Part shown: piece after piece, positions 63,831 through 64,000 of the stretch
Numbering within the stretch: position 1 is the first letter of the stretch
Layout: the number at the start of each line of letters is the position of its first letter
Assembly (NCBI GenBank): GCA_011109175.1
Contig: RDEW01000025.1
Span: 828,543 to 892,542 of the forward strand
DNA: 64,000 nucleotides
Source: Dicyema japonicum
Taxonomy: Eukaryota; Animalia; Dicyemida
Direction of reading: 5' to 3'
Made by a program: the position numbers and the translations under genes
The notes under the pieces: generated by a model
Told to the model about the DNA's origin: nothing
The model's input: only the letters and a program-made list of their open reading frames with translations
Databases searched by the model: none

Positions 63831-64000
63831 ATCCTTTGGATGACAACCAGGCATTGGTTGTCTCCTGAGTTAGGTAGATCCCATGACACCTTCCACCATG
63901 TAATAAGCGTTGTGGAATTTAAACCCACAGCTAATCACGATCGGTTGTTTTCTAAGAGAAGGTGAGTATTACCTCAAAAGAGGAAGCTGAATTTTTGGAT

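Overview
Eukaryotic, almost certainly animal, AT-rich nuclear DNA in the standard genetic code. Compact host genes are split by very short GT-AG introns (mostly 21-28 nt), which by inference points to a dicyemid-like mesozoan parasite. Host genes read by hand: MALSU1/RsfS, three HtrL/YibB-like glycosyltransferase paralogs, two Tctex1-domain dynein light chains, an intron-bearing RPS15A pseudogene, a small two-dsRBD protein, Rab5, a conventional PKC (about 14 introns), ZW10, MINPP1, a DENND1-like GEF and METTL1. Intergenic DNA is a graveyard of mobile elements: RTE, CRE-like, NeSL/R4-like, I/Jockey-group and Vingi-like LINEs, Penelope, Gypsy, pogo/Tigger, hAT-Buster, CGGBP-like and Ginger2-like elements, a structured SINE family and a decayed 18S rRNA fragment. 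Most unusual signals: (1) strong over-representation of the palindrome CACGTG (at least 46 copies by hand versus about 7 expected), apparently with other restriction-site-like palindromes (CTNAG, GATC), possibly the footprint of an undescribed sequence-specific DNA modification or protection system; (2) host-sized mini-introns in all four DNA-transposase remnants; (3) a SINE with a conserved fold that shares its 3' end with a resident LINE; (4) an expanded HtrL-like family. Many single-base indels sit in homopolymers, so several apparent frameshifts may be sequencing errors. All protein family calls come from recalled motifs, not database searches.
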